From the NCBI GenBank assembly GCA_040954595.2, contig CM082579.2, positions 2,410,345-2,474,344 on the forward strand: DNA of 64,000 nucleotides. The letters are read 5' to 3'. The position numbers and the translations under genes are program-made. Source of the stretch: Balanoglossus misakiensis. Lineage: Eukaryota > Animalia > Hemichordata. The first letter of the stretch is position 1, and every line of letters begins with the position of its first letter. Below, piece by piece: positions 1 through 13,800 of this stretch. Under the pieces are notes generated by a model. The model ran no database searches, was not told where the DNA came from, and saw only the letters and a program-made list of their open reading frames with translations.

Positions 1-3000
1 GCAAACTCGAAAAATCGTCGATTTTTGAAGGTTTTCCTGAGCTATAACCCATGGTTTTTTCAAAAAATGACCAAATTTTCAAAATTCGCAAACTCGAAAA
101 ATCGTCGATTTTTGAAGGTTTTCCTGAGCTATAACCCATGGTTTTTTCAAAAAATGACCAAATTTTCAAAATTCGCAAACTCGAAAAATCGTCGATTTTT
201 GAAGGTTTTCCTGAGCTATAACCCATGGTTTTTTCAAAAAATGACCAAATTTTCAAAATTCGCAAACTCGAAAAATCGTCGATTTTTGAAGGTTTTCCTG
301 AGCTATAACCCATGGTTTTTTCAAAAAATGACCAAATTTTCAAAATTCGCAAACTCGAAAAATCGTCGATTTTTGAAGGTTTTCCTGAGCTATAACCCAT
401 GGTTTTTTCAAAAAAATGACCAAATTTTCAAAATTCGCAAACTCGAAAAATCGTCGATTTTTGAAGGTTTTCCTGAGCTATAACCCATGGTTTTTTCAAA
501 AAATGACCAAATTTTCAAAATTCGCAAACTCGAAAAATCGTCGATTTTTGAAGGTTTTCCTGAGCTATAACCCATGGTTTTTTCAAAAAATGACCAAATT
601 TTCAAAATTCGCAAACTCGAAAAATCGTCGATTTTTGAAGGTTTTCCTGAGCTATAACCCATGGTTTTTTCAAAAAATGACCAAATTTTCAAAATTCGCA
701 AACTCGAAAAATCGTCGATTTTTGAAGGTTTTCCTGAGCTATAACCCATGGTTTTTTCAAAAAATGACCAAATTTTCAAAATTCGCAAACTCGAAAAATC
801 GTCGATTTTTGAAGGTTTTCCTGAGCTATAACCCATGGTTTTTTCAAAAAATGACCAAATTTTCAAAATTCGCAAACTCGAAAAATCGTCGATTTTTGAA
901 GGTTTTCCTGAGCTATAACCCATGGTTTTTTCAAAAAATGACCAAATTTTCAAAATTCGCAAACTCGAAAAATCGTCGATTTTTGAAGGTTTTCCTGAGC
1001 TATAACCCATGGTTTTTTCAAAAAATGACCAAATTTTCAAAATTCGCAAACTCGAAAAATCGTCGATTTTTGAAGGTTTTCCTGAGCTATAACCCATGGT
1101 TTTTTCAAAAAATGACCAAATTTTCAAAATTCGCAAACTCGAAAAATCGTCGATTTTTGAAGGTTTTCCTGAGCTATAACCCATGGTTTTTTCAAAAAAT
1201 GACCAAATTTTCAAAATTCGCAAACTCGAAAAATCGTCGATTTTTGAAGGTTTTCCTGAGCTATAACCCATGGTTTTTTCAAAAAATGACCAAATTTTCA
1301 AAATTCGCAAACTCGAAAAATCGTCGATTTTTGAAGGTTTTCCTGAGCTATAACCCATGGTTTTTTCAAAAAATGACCAAATTTTCAAAATTCGCAAACT
1401 CGAAAAATCGTCGATTTTTGAAGGTTTTCCTGAGCTATAACCCATGGTTTTTTCAAAAAATGACCAAATTTTCAAAATTCGCAAACTCGAAAAATCGTCG
1501 ATTTTTGAAGGTTTTCCTGAGCTATAACCCATGGTTTTTTCAAAAAATGACCAAATTTTCAAAATTCGCAAACTCGAAAAATCGTCGATTTTTGAAGGTT
1601 TTCCTGAGCTATAACCCATGGTTTTTTCAAAAAATGACCAAATTTTCAAAATTCGCAAACTCGAAAAATCGTCGATTTTTGAAGGTTTTCCTGAGCTATA
1701 ACCCATGGTTTTTTCAAAAAATGACCAAATTTTCAAAATTCGCAAACTCGAAAAATCGTCGATTTTTGAAGGTTTTCCTGAGCTATAACCCATGGTTTTT
1801 TCAAAAAATGACCAAATTTTCAAAATTCGCAAACTCGAAAAATCGTCGATTTTTGAAGGTTTTCCTGAGCTATAACCCATGGTTTTTTCAAAAAATGACC
1901 AAATTTTCAAAATTCGCAAACTCGAAAAATCGTCGATTTTTGAAGGTTTTCCTGAGCTATAACCCATGGTTTTTTCAAAAAATGACCAAATTTTCAAAAT
2001 TCGCAAACTCGAAAAATCGTCGATTTTTGAAGGTTTTCCTGAGCTATAACCCATGGTTTTTTCAAAAAATGACCAAATTTTCAAAATTCGCAAACTCGAA
2101 AAATCGTCGATTTTTGAAGGTTTTCCTGAGCTATAACCCATGGTTTTTTCAAAAAATGACCAAATTTTCAAAATTCGCAAACTCGAAAAATCGTCGATTT
2201 TTGAAGGTTTTCCTGAGCTATAACCCATGGTTTTTTCAAAAAATGACCAAATTTTCAAAATTCGCAAACTCGAAAAATCGTCGATTTTTGAAGGTTTTCC
2301 TGAGCTATAACCCATGGTTTTTTCAAAAAATGACCAAATTTTCAAAATTCGCAAACTCGAAAAATCGTCGATTTTTGAAGGTTTTCCTGAGCTATAACCC
2401 ATGGTTTTTTCAAAAAATGACCAAATTTTCAAAATTCGCAAACTCGAAAAATCGTCGATTTTTGAAGGTTTTCCTGAGCTATAACCCATGGTTTTTTCAA
2501 AAAATGACCAAATTTTCAAAATTCGCAAACTCGAAAAATCGTCGATTTTTGAAGGTTTTCCTGAGCTATAACCCATGGTTTTTTCAAAAAATGACCAAAT
2601 TTTCAAAATTCGCAAACTCGAAAAATCGTCGATTTTTGAAGGTTTTCCTGAGCTATAACCCATGTTTTTTCAAAAAATGACCAAATTTTCAAAATTCGCA
2701 AACTCGAAAAATCGTCGATTTTTGAAGGTTTTCCTGAGCTATAACCCATGGTTTTTTCAAAAAATGACCAAATTTTCAAAATTCGCAAACTCGAAAAATC
2801 GTCGATTTTTGAAGGTTTTCCTGAGCTATAACCCATGGTTTTTTCAAAAAATGACCAAATTTTCAAAATTCGCAAACTCGAAAAATCGTCGATTTTTGAA
2901 GGTTTTCCTGAGCTATAACCCATGGTTTTTTCAAAAAATGACCAAATTTTCAAAATTCGCAAACTCGAAAAATCGTCGATTTTTGAAGGTTTTCCTGAGC

Positions 3001-6000
3001 TATAACCCATGGTTTTTTCAAAAAATGACCAAATTTTCAAAATTCGCAAACTCGAAAAATCGTCGATTTTTGAAGGTTTTCCTGAGCTATAACCCATGGT
3101 TTTTTCAAAAAATGACCAAATTTTCAAAATTCGCAAACTCGAAAAATCGTCGATTTTTGAAGGTTTTCCTGAGCTATAACCCATGGTTTTTTCAAAAAAT
3201 GACCAAATTTTCAAAATTCGCAAACTCGAAAAATCGTCGATTTTTGAAGGTTTTCCTGAGCTATAACCCATGGTTTTTTCAAAAAATGACCAAATTTTCA
3301 AAATTCGCAAACTCGAAAAATCGTCGATTTTTGAAGGTTTTCCTGAGCTATAACCCATGGTTTTTTCAAAAAATGACCAAATTTTCAAAATTCGCAAACT
3401 CGAAAATCGTCGATTTTTGAAGGTTTTCCTGAGCTATAACCCATGGTTTTTTCAAAAAATGACCAAATTTTCAAAATTCGCAAACTCGAAAATTCGTCGA
3501 TTTTTGAAGGTTTTCCTGAGCTATAACCCATGGTTTTTTCAAAAAATGACCAAATTTTCAAAATTCGCAAACTCGAAAAATCGTCGATTTTTGAAGGTTT
3601 TCCTGAGCTATAACCCATGGTTTTTTCAAAAAATGACCAAATTTTCAAAATTCGCAAACTCGAAAAATCGTCGATTTTTGAAGGTTTTCCTGAGCTATAA
3701 CCCATGGTTTTTTTCAAAAAATGACCAAATTTTCAAAATTCGCAAACTCGAAAAATCGTCGATTTTTGAAGGTTTTCCTGAGCTATAACCCATGGTTTTT
3801 TCAAAAAATGACCAAATTTTCAAAATTCGCAAACTCGAAAAATCGTCGATTTTTGAAGGTTTTCCTGAGCTATAACCCATGGTTTTTTCAAAAAATGACC
3901 AAATTTTCAAAATTCGCAAACTCGAAAAATCGTCGATTTTTGAAGGTTTTCCTGAGCTATAACCCATGGTTTTTTCAAAAAATGACCAAATTTTCAAAAT
4001 TCGCAAACTCGAAAAATCGTCGATTTTTGAAGGTTTTCCTGAGCTATAACCCATGGTTTTTTCAAAAAATGACCAAATTTTCAAAATTCGCAAACTCGAA
4101 AAATCGTCGATTTTTGAAGGTTTTCCTGAGCTATAACCCATGGTTTTTTCAAAAAATGACCAAATTTTCAAAATTCGCAAACTCGAAAAATCGTCGATTT
4201 TTGAAGGTTTTCCTGAGCTATAACCCATGGTTTTTTCAAAAAATGACCAAATTTTCAAAATTCGCAAACTCGAAAAATCGTCGATTTTTGAAGGTTTTCC
4301 TGAGCTATAACCCATGGTTTTTTCAAAAAATGACCAAATTTTCAAAATTCGCAAACTCGAAAAATCGTCGATTTTTGAAGGTTTTCCTGAGCTATAACCC
4401 ATGGTTTTTTCAAAAATGACCAAATTTTCAAAATTCGCAAACTCGAAAATTCGTCGATTTTTGAAGGTTTTCCTGAGCTATAACCCATGGTTTTTTCAAA
4501 AAATGACCAAATTTTCAAAATTCGCAAACTCGAAAAATCGTCGATTTTTGAAGGTTTTCCTGAGCTATAACCCATGGTTTTTTCAAAAAATGACCAAATT
4601 TTCAAAATTCGCAAACTCGAAAAATCGTCGATTTTTGAAGGTTTTCCTGAGCTATAACCCATGGTTTTTTCAAAAAATGACCAAATTTTCAAAATTCGCA
4701 AACTCGAAAAATCGTCGATTTTTGAAGGTTTTCCTGAGCTATAACCCATGGTTTTTTCAAAAAATGACCAAATTTTCAAAATTCGCAAACTCGAAAAATC
4801 GTCGATTTTTGAAGGTTTTCCTGAGCTATAACCCATGGTTTTTTCAAAAAATGACCAAATTTTCAAAATTCGCAAACTCGAAAAATCGTCGATTTTTGAA
4901 GGTTTTCCTGAGCTATAACCCATGGTTTTTTCAAAAAATGACCAAATTTTCAAAATTCGCAAACTCGAAAAATCGTCGATTTTTGAAGGTTTTCCTGAGC
5001 TATAACCCATGGTTTTTTCAAAAAATGACCAAATTTTCAAAATTCGCAAACTCGAAAAATCGTCGATTTTTGAAGGTTTTCCTGAGCTATAACCCATGGT
5101 TTTTTCAAAAAATGACCAAATTTTCAAAATTCGCAAACTCGAAAAATCGTCGATTTTTGAAGGTTTTCCTGAGCTATAACCCATGGTTTTTTCAAAAAAT
5201 GACCAAATTTTCAAAATTCGCAAACTCGAAAAATCGTCGATTTTTGAAGGTTTTCCTGAGCTATAACCCATGGTTTTTTCAAAAAATGACCAAATTTTCA
5301 AAATTCGCAAACTCGAAAAATCGTCGATTTTGAAGGTTTTCCTGAGCTATAACCCATGGTTTTTTCAAAAAATGACCAAATTTTCAAAATTCGCAAACTC
5401 GAAAAATCGTCGATTTTTGAAGGTTTTCCTGAGCTATAACCCATGGTTTTTTCAAAAAATGACCAAATTTTCAAAATTCGCAAACTCGAAAAATCGTCGA
5501 TTTTTGAAGGTTTTCCTGAGCTATAACCCATGGTTTTTTCAAAAAATGACCAAATTTTCAAAATTCGCAAACTCGAAAAATCGTCGATTTTTGAAGGTTT
5601 TCCTGAGCTATAACCCATGGTTTTTTCAAAAAATGACCAAATTTTCAAAATTCGCAAACTCGAAAAATCGTCGATTTTTGAAGGTTTTCCTGAGCTATAA
5701 CCCATGGTTTTTTCAAAAAATGACCAAATTTTCAAGATTCGCAAACTCGAAAAATCGTCGATTTTTGAAGGTTTTCCTGAGCTATAACCCATGGTGTTTT
5801 CAAAAAATGACCAAATTTTCAAAATTCGCAAACTCGAAAAATCGTCGACTTTTGAAGGTTTTCCTGAGCTATAACCCATGGTTTTTTCAAAAAATGACCA
5901 AATTTTCAAAATTCGCAAACTCGAAAAATCGTCGATTTTTGAAGGTTTTCCTGAGCTATAACCCATGGTTTTTTCAAAAAATGACCAAATTTTCAAAATT

Positions 6001-9000
6001 CGCAAACTCGAAAAATCGTCGATTTTTGAAGGTTTTCCTGAGCTATAACCCATGGTTTTTTCAAAAAATGACCAAATTTTCAAAATTCGCAAACTCGAAA
6101 AATCGTCGATTTTTGAAGGTTTTCCTGAGCTATAACCCATGGTTTTTTCAAAAAATGACCAAATTTTCAAAATTCGCAAACTCGAAAAATCGTCGATTTT
6201 TGAAGGTTTTCCTGAGCTATAACCCATGTTTTTTTCAAAAAATGACCAATTTTTCAAAATTCGCAAACTCGAAAATTCGTCGATTTTTGAAGGTTTTCCT
6301 GAGCTATAACCCATGGTTTTTTCAAAAAATGACCAATTTTTCAAAATTCGCAAACTCGAAAAATCGTCGATTTTTGAAGGTTTTCCTGAGCTATAACCCA
6401 TGGTTTTTTCAAAAAATGACCAATTTTTCAAAATTCGCAAACTCGAAAAATCGTCGATTTTTGAAGGTTTTCCTGAGCTATAACCCATGGTTTTTTCAAA
6501 AAATGACCAAATTTTCAAAATTCGCAAACTCGAAAAATCGTCGATTTTTGAAGGTTTTCCTGAGCTATAACCCATGGTTTTTTCAAAAAATGACCAAATT
6601 TTCAAAATTCGCTAACTCGAAAAATCGTCGATTTTTGAAGGTTTTCCTGAGCTATAACCCATGGTTTTTTCAAAAAATGACCAAATTTTCAAAATTCGCA
6701 AACTCGAAAAATCGTCGATTTTTGAAGGTTTTCCTGAGCTATAACCCATGGTTTTTTCAAAAAATGACCAAATTTTCAAAATTCGCAAACTCGAAAAATC
6801 GTCGATTTTTGAAGGTTTTCCTGAGCTATAACCCATGGTTTTTTCAAAAAATGACCAATTTTTCAAAATTCGCAAACTCGAAAAATCGTCGATTTTTGAA
6901 GGTTTTCCTGAGCTATAACCCATGGTTTTTTCAAAAAATGACCAATTTTTCAAAATTCGCAAACTCGAAAAATCGTCGATTTTTGAAGGTTTTCCTGAGC
7001 TATAACCCATGGTTTTTTCAAAAAATGACCAAATTTTCAAAATTCGCAAACTCGAAAAATCGTCGATTTTTGAAGGTTTTCCTGAGCTATAACCCATGGT
7101 TTTTTCAAAAAATGACCAAATTTTCAAAATTCGCTAACTCGAAAAATCGTCGATTTTTGAAGGTTTTCCTGAGCTATAACCCATGGTTTTTTCAAAAAAT
7201 GACCAAATTTTCAAAATTCGCAAACTCGAAAAATCGTCGATTTTTGAAGGTTTTCCTGAGCTATAACCCATGGTTTTTTCAAAAAATGACCAAATTTTCA
7301 AAATTCGCAAACTCGAAAAATCGTCGATTTTTGAAGGTTTTCCTGAGCTATAACCCATGGTTTTTTCAAAAAATGACCAAATTTTCAAAATTCGCAAACT
7401 CGAAAAATCGTCGATTTTTGAAGGTTTTCCTGAGCTATAACCCATGGTTTTTTCAAAAAATGACCAAATTTTCAAAATTCGCAAACTCGAAAAATCGTCG
7501 ATTTTTGAAGGTTTTCCTGAGCTATAACCCATGGTTTTTTCAAAAAATGACCAAATTTTCAAAATTCGCAAACTCGAAAAATCGTCGATTTTTGAAGGTT
7601 TTCCTGAGCTATAACCCATGGTTTTTTCAAAAAATGACCAAATTTTCAAAATTCGCAAACTCGAAAAATCGTCGATTTTTGAAGGTTTTCCTGAGCTATA
7701 ACCCATGGTTTTTTCAAAAAATGACCAAATTTTCAAAATTCGCAAACTCGAAAAATCGTCGATTTTTGAAGGTTTTCCTGAGCTATAACCCATGGTTTTT
7801 TCAAAAAATGACCAAATTTTCAAAATTCGCAAACTCGAAAAATCGTCGATTTTTGAAGGTTTTCCTGAGCTATAACCCATGGTTTTTTCAAAAAATGACC
7901 AAATTTTCAAAATTCGCAAACTCGAAAAATCGTCGATTTTTGAAGGTTTTCCTGAGCTATAACCCATGGTTTTTTCAAAAAATGACCAAATTTTCAAAAT
8001 TCGCAAACTCGAAAAATCGTCGATTTTTGAAGGTTTTCCTGAGCTATAACCCATGGTTTTTTCAAAAAATGACCAAATTTTCAAAATTCGCAAACTCGAA
8101 AAATCGTCGATTTTTGAAGGTTTTCCTGAGCTATAACCCATGGTTTTTTCAAAAAATGACCAAATTTTCAAAATTCGCAAACTCGAAAAATCGTCGATTT
8201 TTGAAGGTTTTCCTGAGCTATAACCCATGGGTTTTTTCAAAAAATGACCAAATTTTCAAAATTCGCAAACTCGAAAAATCGTCGATTTTTGAAGGTTTTC
8301 CTGAGCTATAACCCATGGGTTTTTCAAAAAATGACCAAATTTTCAAAATTCGCAAACTCGAAAAATCGTCGATTTTTGAAGGTTTTCCTGAGCTATAACC
8401 CATGGTTTTTTCAAAAAATGACCAAATTTTCAAAATTCGCAAACTCGAAAAATCGTCGATTTTTGAAGGTTTTCCTGAGCTATAACCCATGGTTTTTTCA
8501 AAAAATGACCAAATTTTCAAAATTCGCAAACTCGAAAAATCGTCGATTTTTGAAGGTTTTCCTGAGCTATAACCCATGGTTTTTTTCAAAAAATGACCAA
8601 ATTTTCAAAATTCGCAAACTCGAAAAATCGTCGATTTTTGAAGGTTTTCCTGAGCTATAACCCATGGTTTTTTCAAAAAATGACCAAATTTTCAAAATTC
8701 GCAAACTCGAAAAATCGTCGATTTTTGAAGGTTTTCCTGAGCTATAACCCATGGTTTTTTCAAAAAATGACCAAATTTTCAAAATTCGCAAACTCGAAAA
8801 ATCGTCGATTTTTGAAGGTTTTCCTGAGCTATAACCCATGGTTTTTTCAAAAAATGACCAAATTTTCAAAATTCGCAAACTCGAAAAATCGTCGATTTTT
8901 GAAGGTTTTCCTGAGCTATAACCCATGGTTTTTTCAAAAATGACCAAATTTTCAAAATTCGCAAACTCGAAAAATCGTCGATTTTTGAAGGTTTTCCTGA

Positions 9001-10203
9001 GCTATAACCCATGGTTTTTTCAAAAAATGACCAAATTTTCAAAATTCGCAAACTCGAAAAATCGTCGATTTTTGAAGGTTTTCCTGAGCTATAACCCATG
9101 GGTTTTTCAAAAAATGACCAAATTTTCAAAATTCGCAAACTCGAAAAATCGTCGATTTTTGAAGGTTTTCCTGAGCTATAACCCATGGGTTTTTTCAAAA
9201 AATGACCAAATTTTCAAAATTCGCAAACTCGAAAAATCGTCGATTTTTGAAGGTTTTCCTGAGCTATAACCCATGGTTTTTTCAAAAAATGACCAAATTT
9301 TCAAAATTCGCAAACTCGAAAAATCGTCGATTTTTGAAGGTTTTCCTGAGCTATAACCCATGGGTTTTTAAAAAAATGACCAAATTTTCAAAATTCGCAA
9401 ACTCGAAAAATCGTCGATTTTTGAAGGTTTTCCTGAGCTATAACCCATGGTTTTTTCAAAAAATGACCAAATTTTCAAAATTCGCAAACTCGAAAAATCG
9501 TCGATTTTTGAAGGTTTTCCTGAGCTATAACCCATGGTTTTTTCAAAAAATGACCAAATTTTCAAAATTCGCAAACTCGAAAAATCGTCGATTTTTGAAG
9601 GTTTTCCTGAGCTATAACCCATGTTTTTTTCAAAAAATGACCAAATTTTCAAAATTCGCAAACTCGAAAAATCGTCGATTTTTGAAGGTTTTCCTGAGCT
9701 ATAACCCATGGTTTTTTCAAAAAATGACCAAATTTTCAAAATTCGCAAACTCGAAAAATCGTCGATTTTTGAAGGTTTTCCTGAGCTATAACCCATGGGT
9801 TTTTCAAAAAATGACCAAATTTTCAAAATTCGCAAACTCGAAAAATCGTCGATTTTTGAAGGTTTTCCTGAGCTATAACCCATGGGTTTTTCAAAAAATG
9901 ACCAAATTTTCAAAATTCGCAAACTCGAAAAATCGTCGATTTTTGAAGGTTTTCCTGAGCTATAACCCATGGGTTTTTCAAAAAATGACCAAATTTTCAA
10001 AATTCGCAAACTCGAAAAATCGTCGATTTTTGAAGGTTTTCCTGAGCTATAACCCATGGTTTTTTCAAAAAATGACCAAATTTTCAAAATTCGCAAACTC
10101 GAAAAATCGTCGATTTTTGAAGGTTTTCCTGAGCTATAACCCATGGTTTTTTCAAAAAATGACCAAATTTTCAAAATTCGCAAACTCGAAAAATCGTCGA
10201 TTT
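1..10203. repeat. 87-bp satellite DNA tandem array (about 117 monomers, continues off the left edge); monomer GCAAACTCGAAAAATCGTCGATTTTTGAAGGTTTTCCTGAGCTATAACCCATGGTTTTTTCAAAAAATGACCAAATTTTCAAAATTC
   Basis: Direct reading shows an exact 87-bp period and near-identical copies, with only homopolymer indels and scattered substitutions. It ends at ...AAAATCGTCGATTT|CATGAG at 10203. Confidence 0.99.
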
Positions 10204-10759
10204 CATGAGTTGTTGTGATCAAGAAATATTACCAATAATGGCCAAATAACCGCTAGAGTTCTTTTAAATTTCCTGAAAGCAACTGTTGGGTGTCGGTAAT
10301 GCATCAGTGGTAATAGTTTGCACCTGAATAAAATTACGGGTAATTACTGAGATTACTGCTGTGTGCTGACTCGGCTCTGCACCGTCTGGTTTGCATTTCA
10401 ACTCAAGACTGTCTGGTATGCTATGACCCCAACCCCTATCTGCTAGATGTGGACACGCATTCATTAGCGTTATTGATGTAAGCACAGAGATGTTTAAGGG
10501 AGCACGCTCCATCAAAACAATAGTAAAACGCGAATGAGTTATTAGATAGTGTCGCATTGTGGGGAATATTTTCCCATCATTGGTGGGGATATCGTATGCA
10601 CTGACCATAAAATTGTTTGAAGAAAACAGCAGCTGGAAGGAATGTTTATAAGCAAAAGTGTTGTGATCCAATTATTTATAAAATGTGTTATGCTCTCTCT
10701 CTCTCACACGTGGTTAAAAATACGACACTCCCAAGGACAGGTATAAGTAAACTTAAACA

Positions 10760-10860
10760 CTGCAATTTTGAATTTCCCCAAAGCCACCCGCCAACTTAAC
10801 TGATAGCTTCTGCAATTTTGAATTTCCCCCAAAGCCACCCGCCAACTTAACTGATAGCTT
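10760..10860. repeat. 50/51-bp perfect tandem duplication
   Basis: CTGCAATTTTGAATTTCCCC(C)AAAGCCACCCGCCAACTTAACTGATAGCTT occurs twice head-to-tail, differing by one C. Confidence 0.95.
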
Positions 10861-13800
10861 CCCAAATCGAACACAAGGTCATATGGACAGCATTTTCGTC
10901 GAGATTGGACCCTTGTCGGTTTCTGATCATGTTGCACACTTGGAACCACGTGATACGGTCAACGCAGGTCAGGCAGGTCGACAGTCGTGAGAAACCCAGG
11001 CAGCTCCCTAATCTTCTTTCACAAACAACGTGACTTGGTTTTGAACAGCGACGTTCAATTATCAGATTAATCGTGCGACTTGTATCGCTGAACTGAACAA
11101 ATTAAGCGCTTATTTCAGTTTATATCGAAATGAATGTCCTGTCCACATTTCCCAATCTTCCCATGAAATAATAGTCAGACAAATCAAAACGATCTACATT
11201 AGACAGGCGGTATCTTAGATGGACAAATAACCCGTGAAAATATATAAATCGGACGGTAAAGCTAACGCTACCATCTCAACGGATTAGCAGTTCACTGAAG
11301 GTATCGTACAAACGGATTGCTGTTATTTTTTATTTCATGCCATTGGAAGCTTTTTCAGTGGAAGTCAAATTAACCCTTGTGCGTGAGATATTAAAACGGT
11401 CATAAACGAGATAAGAGCGGGCGCTCTCTGAGAAATCAGTGTACTATATAGCCAAGTAGCCTCGCTTTATCAGAGTTAAGAGTCGAATTGACTTTCTGGG
11501 GTCCTATTAATGAGCACCGTAAATAACGTTTGCAGTGGGTGCGTTTGTTTCGGCCTCTATGATGAATGAGTGGAGAACTTGAGACAGCTACAGGAAGCTC
11601 AATCAATCGTTTCACGATTTGGATATTTACTCCTTAATTTGTTGTGGGACGAGAGATTAATCACTGAGGAAACGAGCTATTCAAAACATCCAAAAGTAAT
11701 AGTTCTACTGCCGACACTGATTATGTTCATGATCCATATGTGTGTCAGTTTGAACCCAATATCCTGAGTTTTTCGAGAGAAAAATATCCTAGGTTAAATT
11801 GCACATCTTTATGTCGTCATATTTCTAACCCCACCCACCAACATCCAATAATGTGTACTTCATAATCAATATACCAGAAGAGCTTCTAAAACTACGAGCC
11901 CCAAGAAGAGAGTTTCTGATTCATATACCTTATTTGTAAACAAATACATTGGGGGAATAAATTAGCTCATTACCAAAATTAAAGTTTTGAATTCCTTTGT
12001 ACAATCGTTCAAACTTTAAAGTTTGCAACGTGTATAAAATCCGAGTTACTAGCATGACCCGGAACATTTAACACTTGCAAATATATGCATGGGTGCGTGT
12101 ACATGTATATCATGCATTTTGCCACCGTCGAGCGTTGTCATTTCGGATGACAAAACGAATGGCAGGTGAATCAACGATGCTTATCATCCGATGCGGCGCA
12201 AGGGTCATTGATTGAGAAGGCATTATCACCAGGCCGATCTATTAACTCCGATAAATGATCCGTGCAAGGTGTGTCCTACATAAACTTTTAACTGAGAGGT
12301 AACAGAAGTTATGTCAGTGTGATGAGCAGGATGACGTCTGCGGTGGCGACACGACGACCTTCAGAAGAAAATAGGCCACGCGCTGTGCGGGGGATTACCG
12401 ACGAGGGGGAAAATGGGACAGACACTGATACCTGCTTTTTACTGTGTTCGAACTAGACGTCCAAATGTGCTCACAAGCACGTCCTAGCTCAGTGTGTATG
12501 TTATTTCTAAACCACTGATCTTTGAGATCATTTTGGTTTACTATATTACAACCGTTGTTGCCATGATATCCTAAAGGTTCTTTCCTCTTTTCAAAAATGG
12601 AAGGAACAGGGGAAAAGAAGGTCGGAAAACCTTCATCTGTAATGGGGACTTGACTTTGTCAGATAATTCGACAAAGAATGCAACAGGATGTCCCCGTGTA
12701 TCTTCTGCGCGTTGGTTAGCGCATCAAATGTATAAACATTACGCGAACGCATTCCTATGTCGGTGCCGGCTCGCCATTAATCTCACGTATCCTAATTAAA
12801 TATGAAACATATACGCCGAGTTACACTGGCCAGCTGTCCCTTACACTGCCGCGGAAGGACACGGTTGGAATTCTCGCCATAGCTTGGATACTGATATCAT
12901 ACTTTCAAGAGATGTTCTTCAAGTAATGGATACCGCCAAAACTAACAGTGTTAAATCCAAGAGTCTTTAAAGTATCTGAATTATTGACAGTAATGGGGCT
13001 GATAACACCAGCTACTGTGTGATGAGGCACTCTGCTAGAACGGGGGGGGGGTGCGAGGGGTCAGTGAGGACAAGGGTATATAGGGGAAGAACGAACATTA
13101 TTCCAGTAATATATAACGTCTATCTGAAGTTTATCGGACATTGATAACGACCTCGTAATGAGGAACATCAACAAAAAAATAATTTACGAGGTCATTTCAG
13201 CGCGTGAGAACCATATCACTTATCATATTACAAATATATTATATTTTCCATTTTATATTTTAACGTCTCTATAAATCATTCAGCAAATTGGATCGAATGA
13301 AAGAAACATTATCGATGCGTAGATTAATTGCTTGGTTGCTTTTACGTATGTAAAGGGGCTAAGGAGCGTAAAAGTGATAAAGATTGATAACACATATATA
13401 CAATATATATATAAAATTATATTTTTACCTAATATACTATATAATATATATTAATATATATCTATGCATGTGTATAACTGAAATCCTATGCCACGTGAGA
13501 GTTTATTTCGACTTTATCATACATCCGCTATGCACTCGAGAGAAAAGAAAAAATCAATGAGTTTGGTTTTAGTGGTTTAACATTACGAATAGAGAGACTC
13601 GAGAGAGGGAGGTAACTTTATCCTCGACCAATTCGTAAATGGCCGGTAATGGATCCGTGATCTTTTGCTTGTTTTTCGTCGTAGCAAGCCAAACCTCGCC
13701 ATGAGAAGTGCTCCGTGTCAGCGGTACAAGGTACATATCATACCGTCCCTTTGAATTAATGAAAGCAGGCTGAGTCATAATATTTTGCAATGGCATGTAG

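Noticed and set aside
400-9200. Single-base indel variants in satellite monomers as evolutionary markers
   Set aside because: Nearly all fall in homopolymer runs and may be long-read errors. Only substitutions were relied on for the 6-mer call.
1-10203. CRISPR-like array
   Set aside because: There are no unique spacers and no cas genes, and the context is eukaryotic and spliced.
25-10222. Very long ORFs on both strands (up to 1013 aa) of repeated MTKFSKFANSKNRRFLKVFLSYNPWFFQK / MGYSSGKPSKIDDFSSLRILKIWSFFEKT
   Set aside because: They follow from an 87-bp (29-codon) monomer lacking a stop in one frame per strand. Variants are mostly non-synonymous or frameshifting, so there is no sign of coding constraint.
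13569-13796. HGEVWLATTKNKQK resembling kinase subdomains I-II
   Set aside because: There is no GxGxxG motif, no splice context and no other kinase exon nearby.
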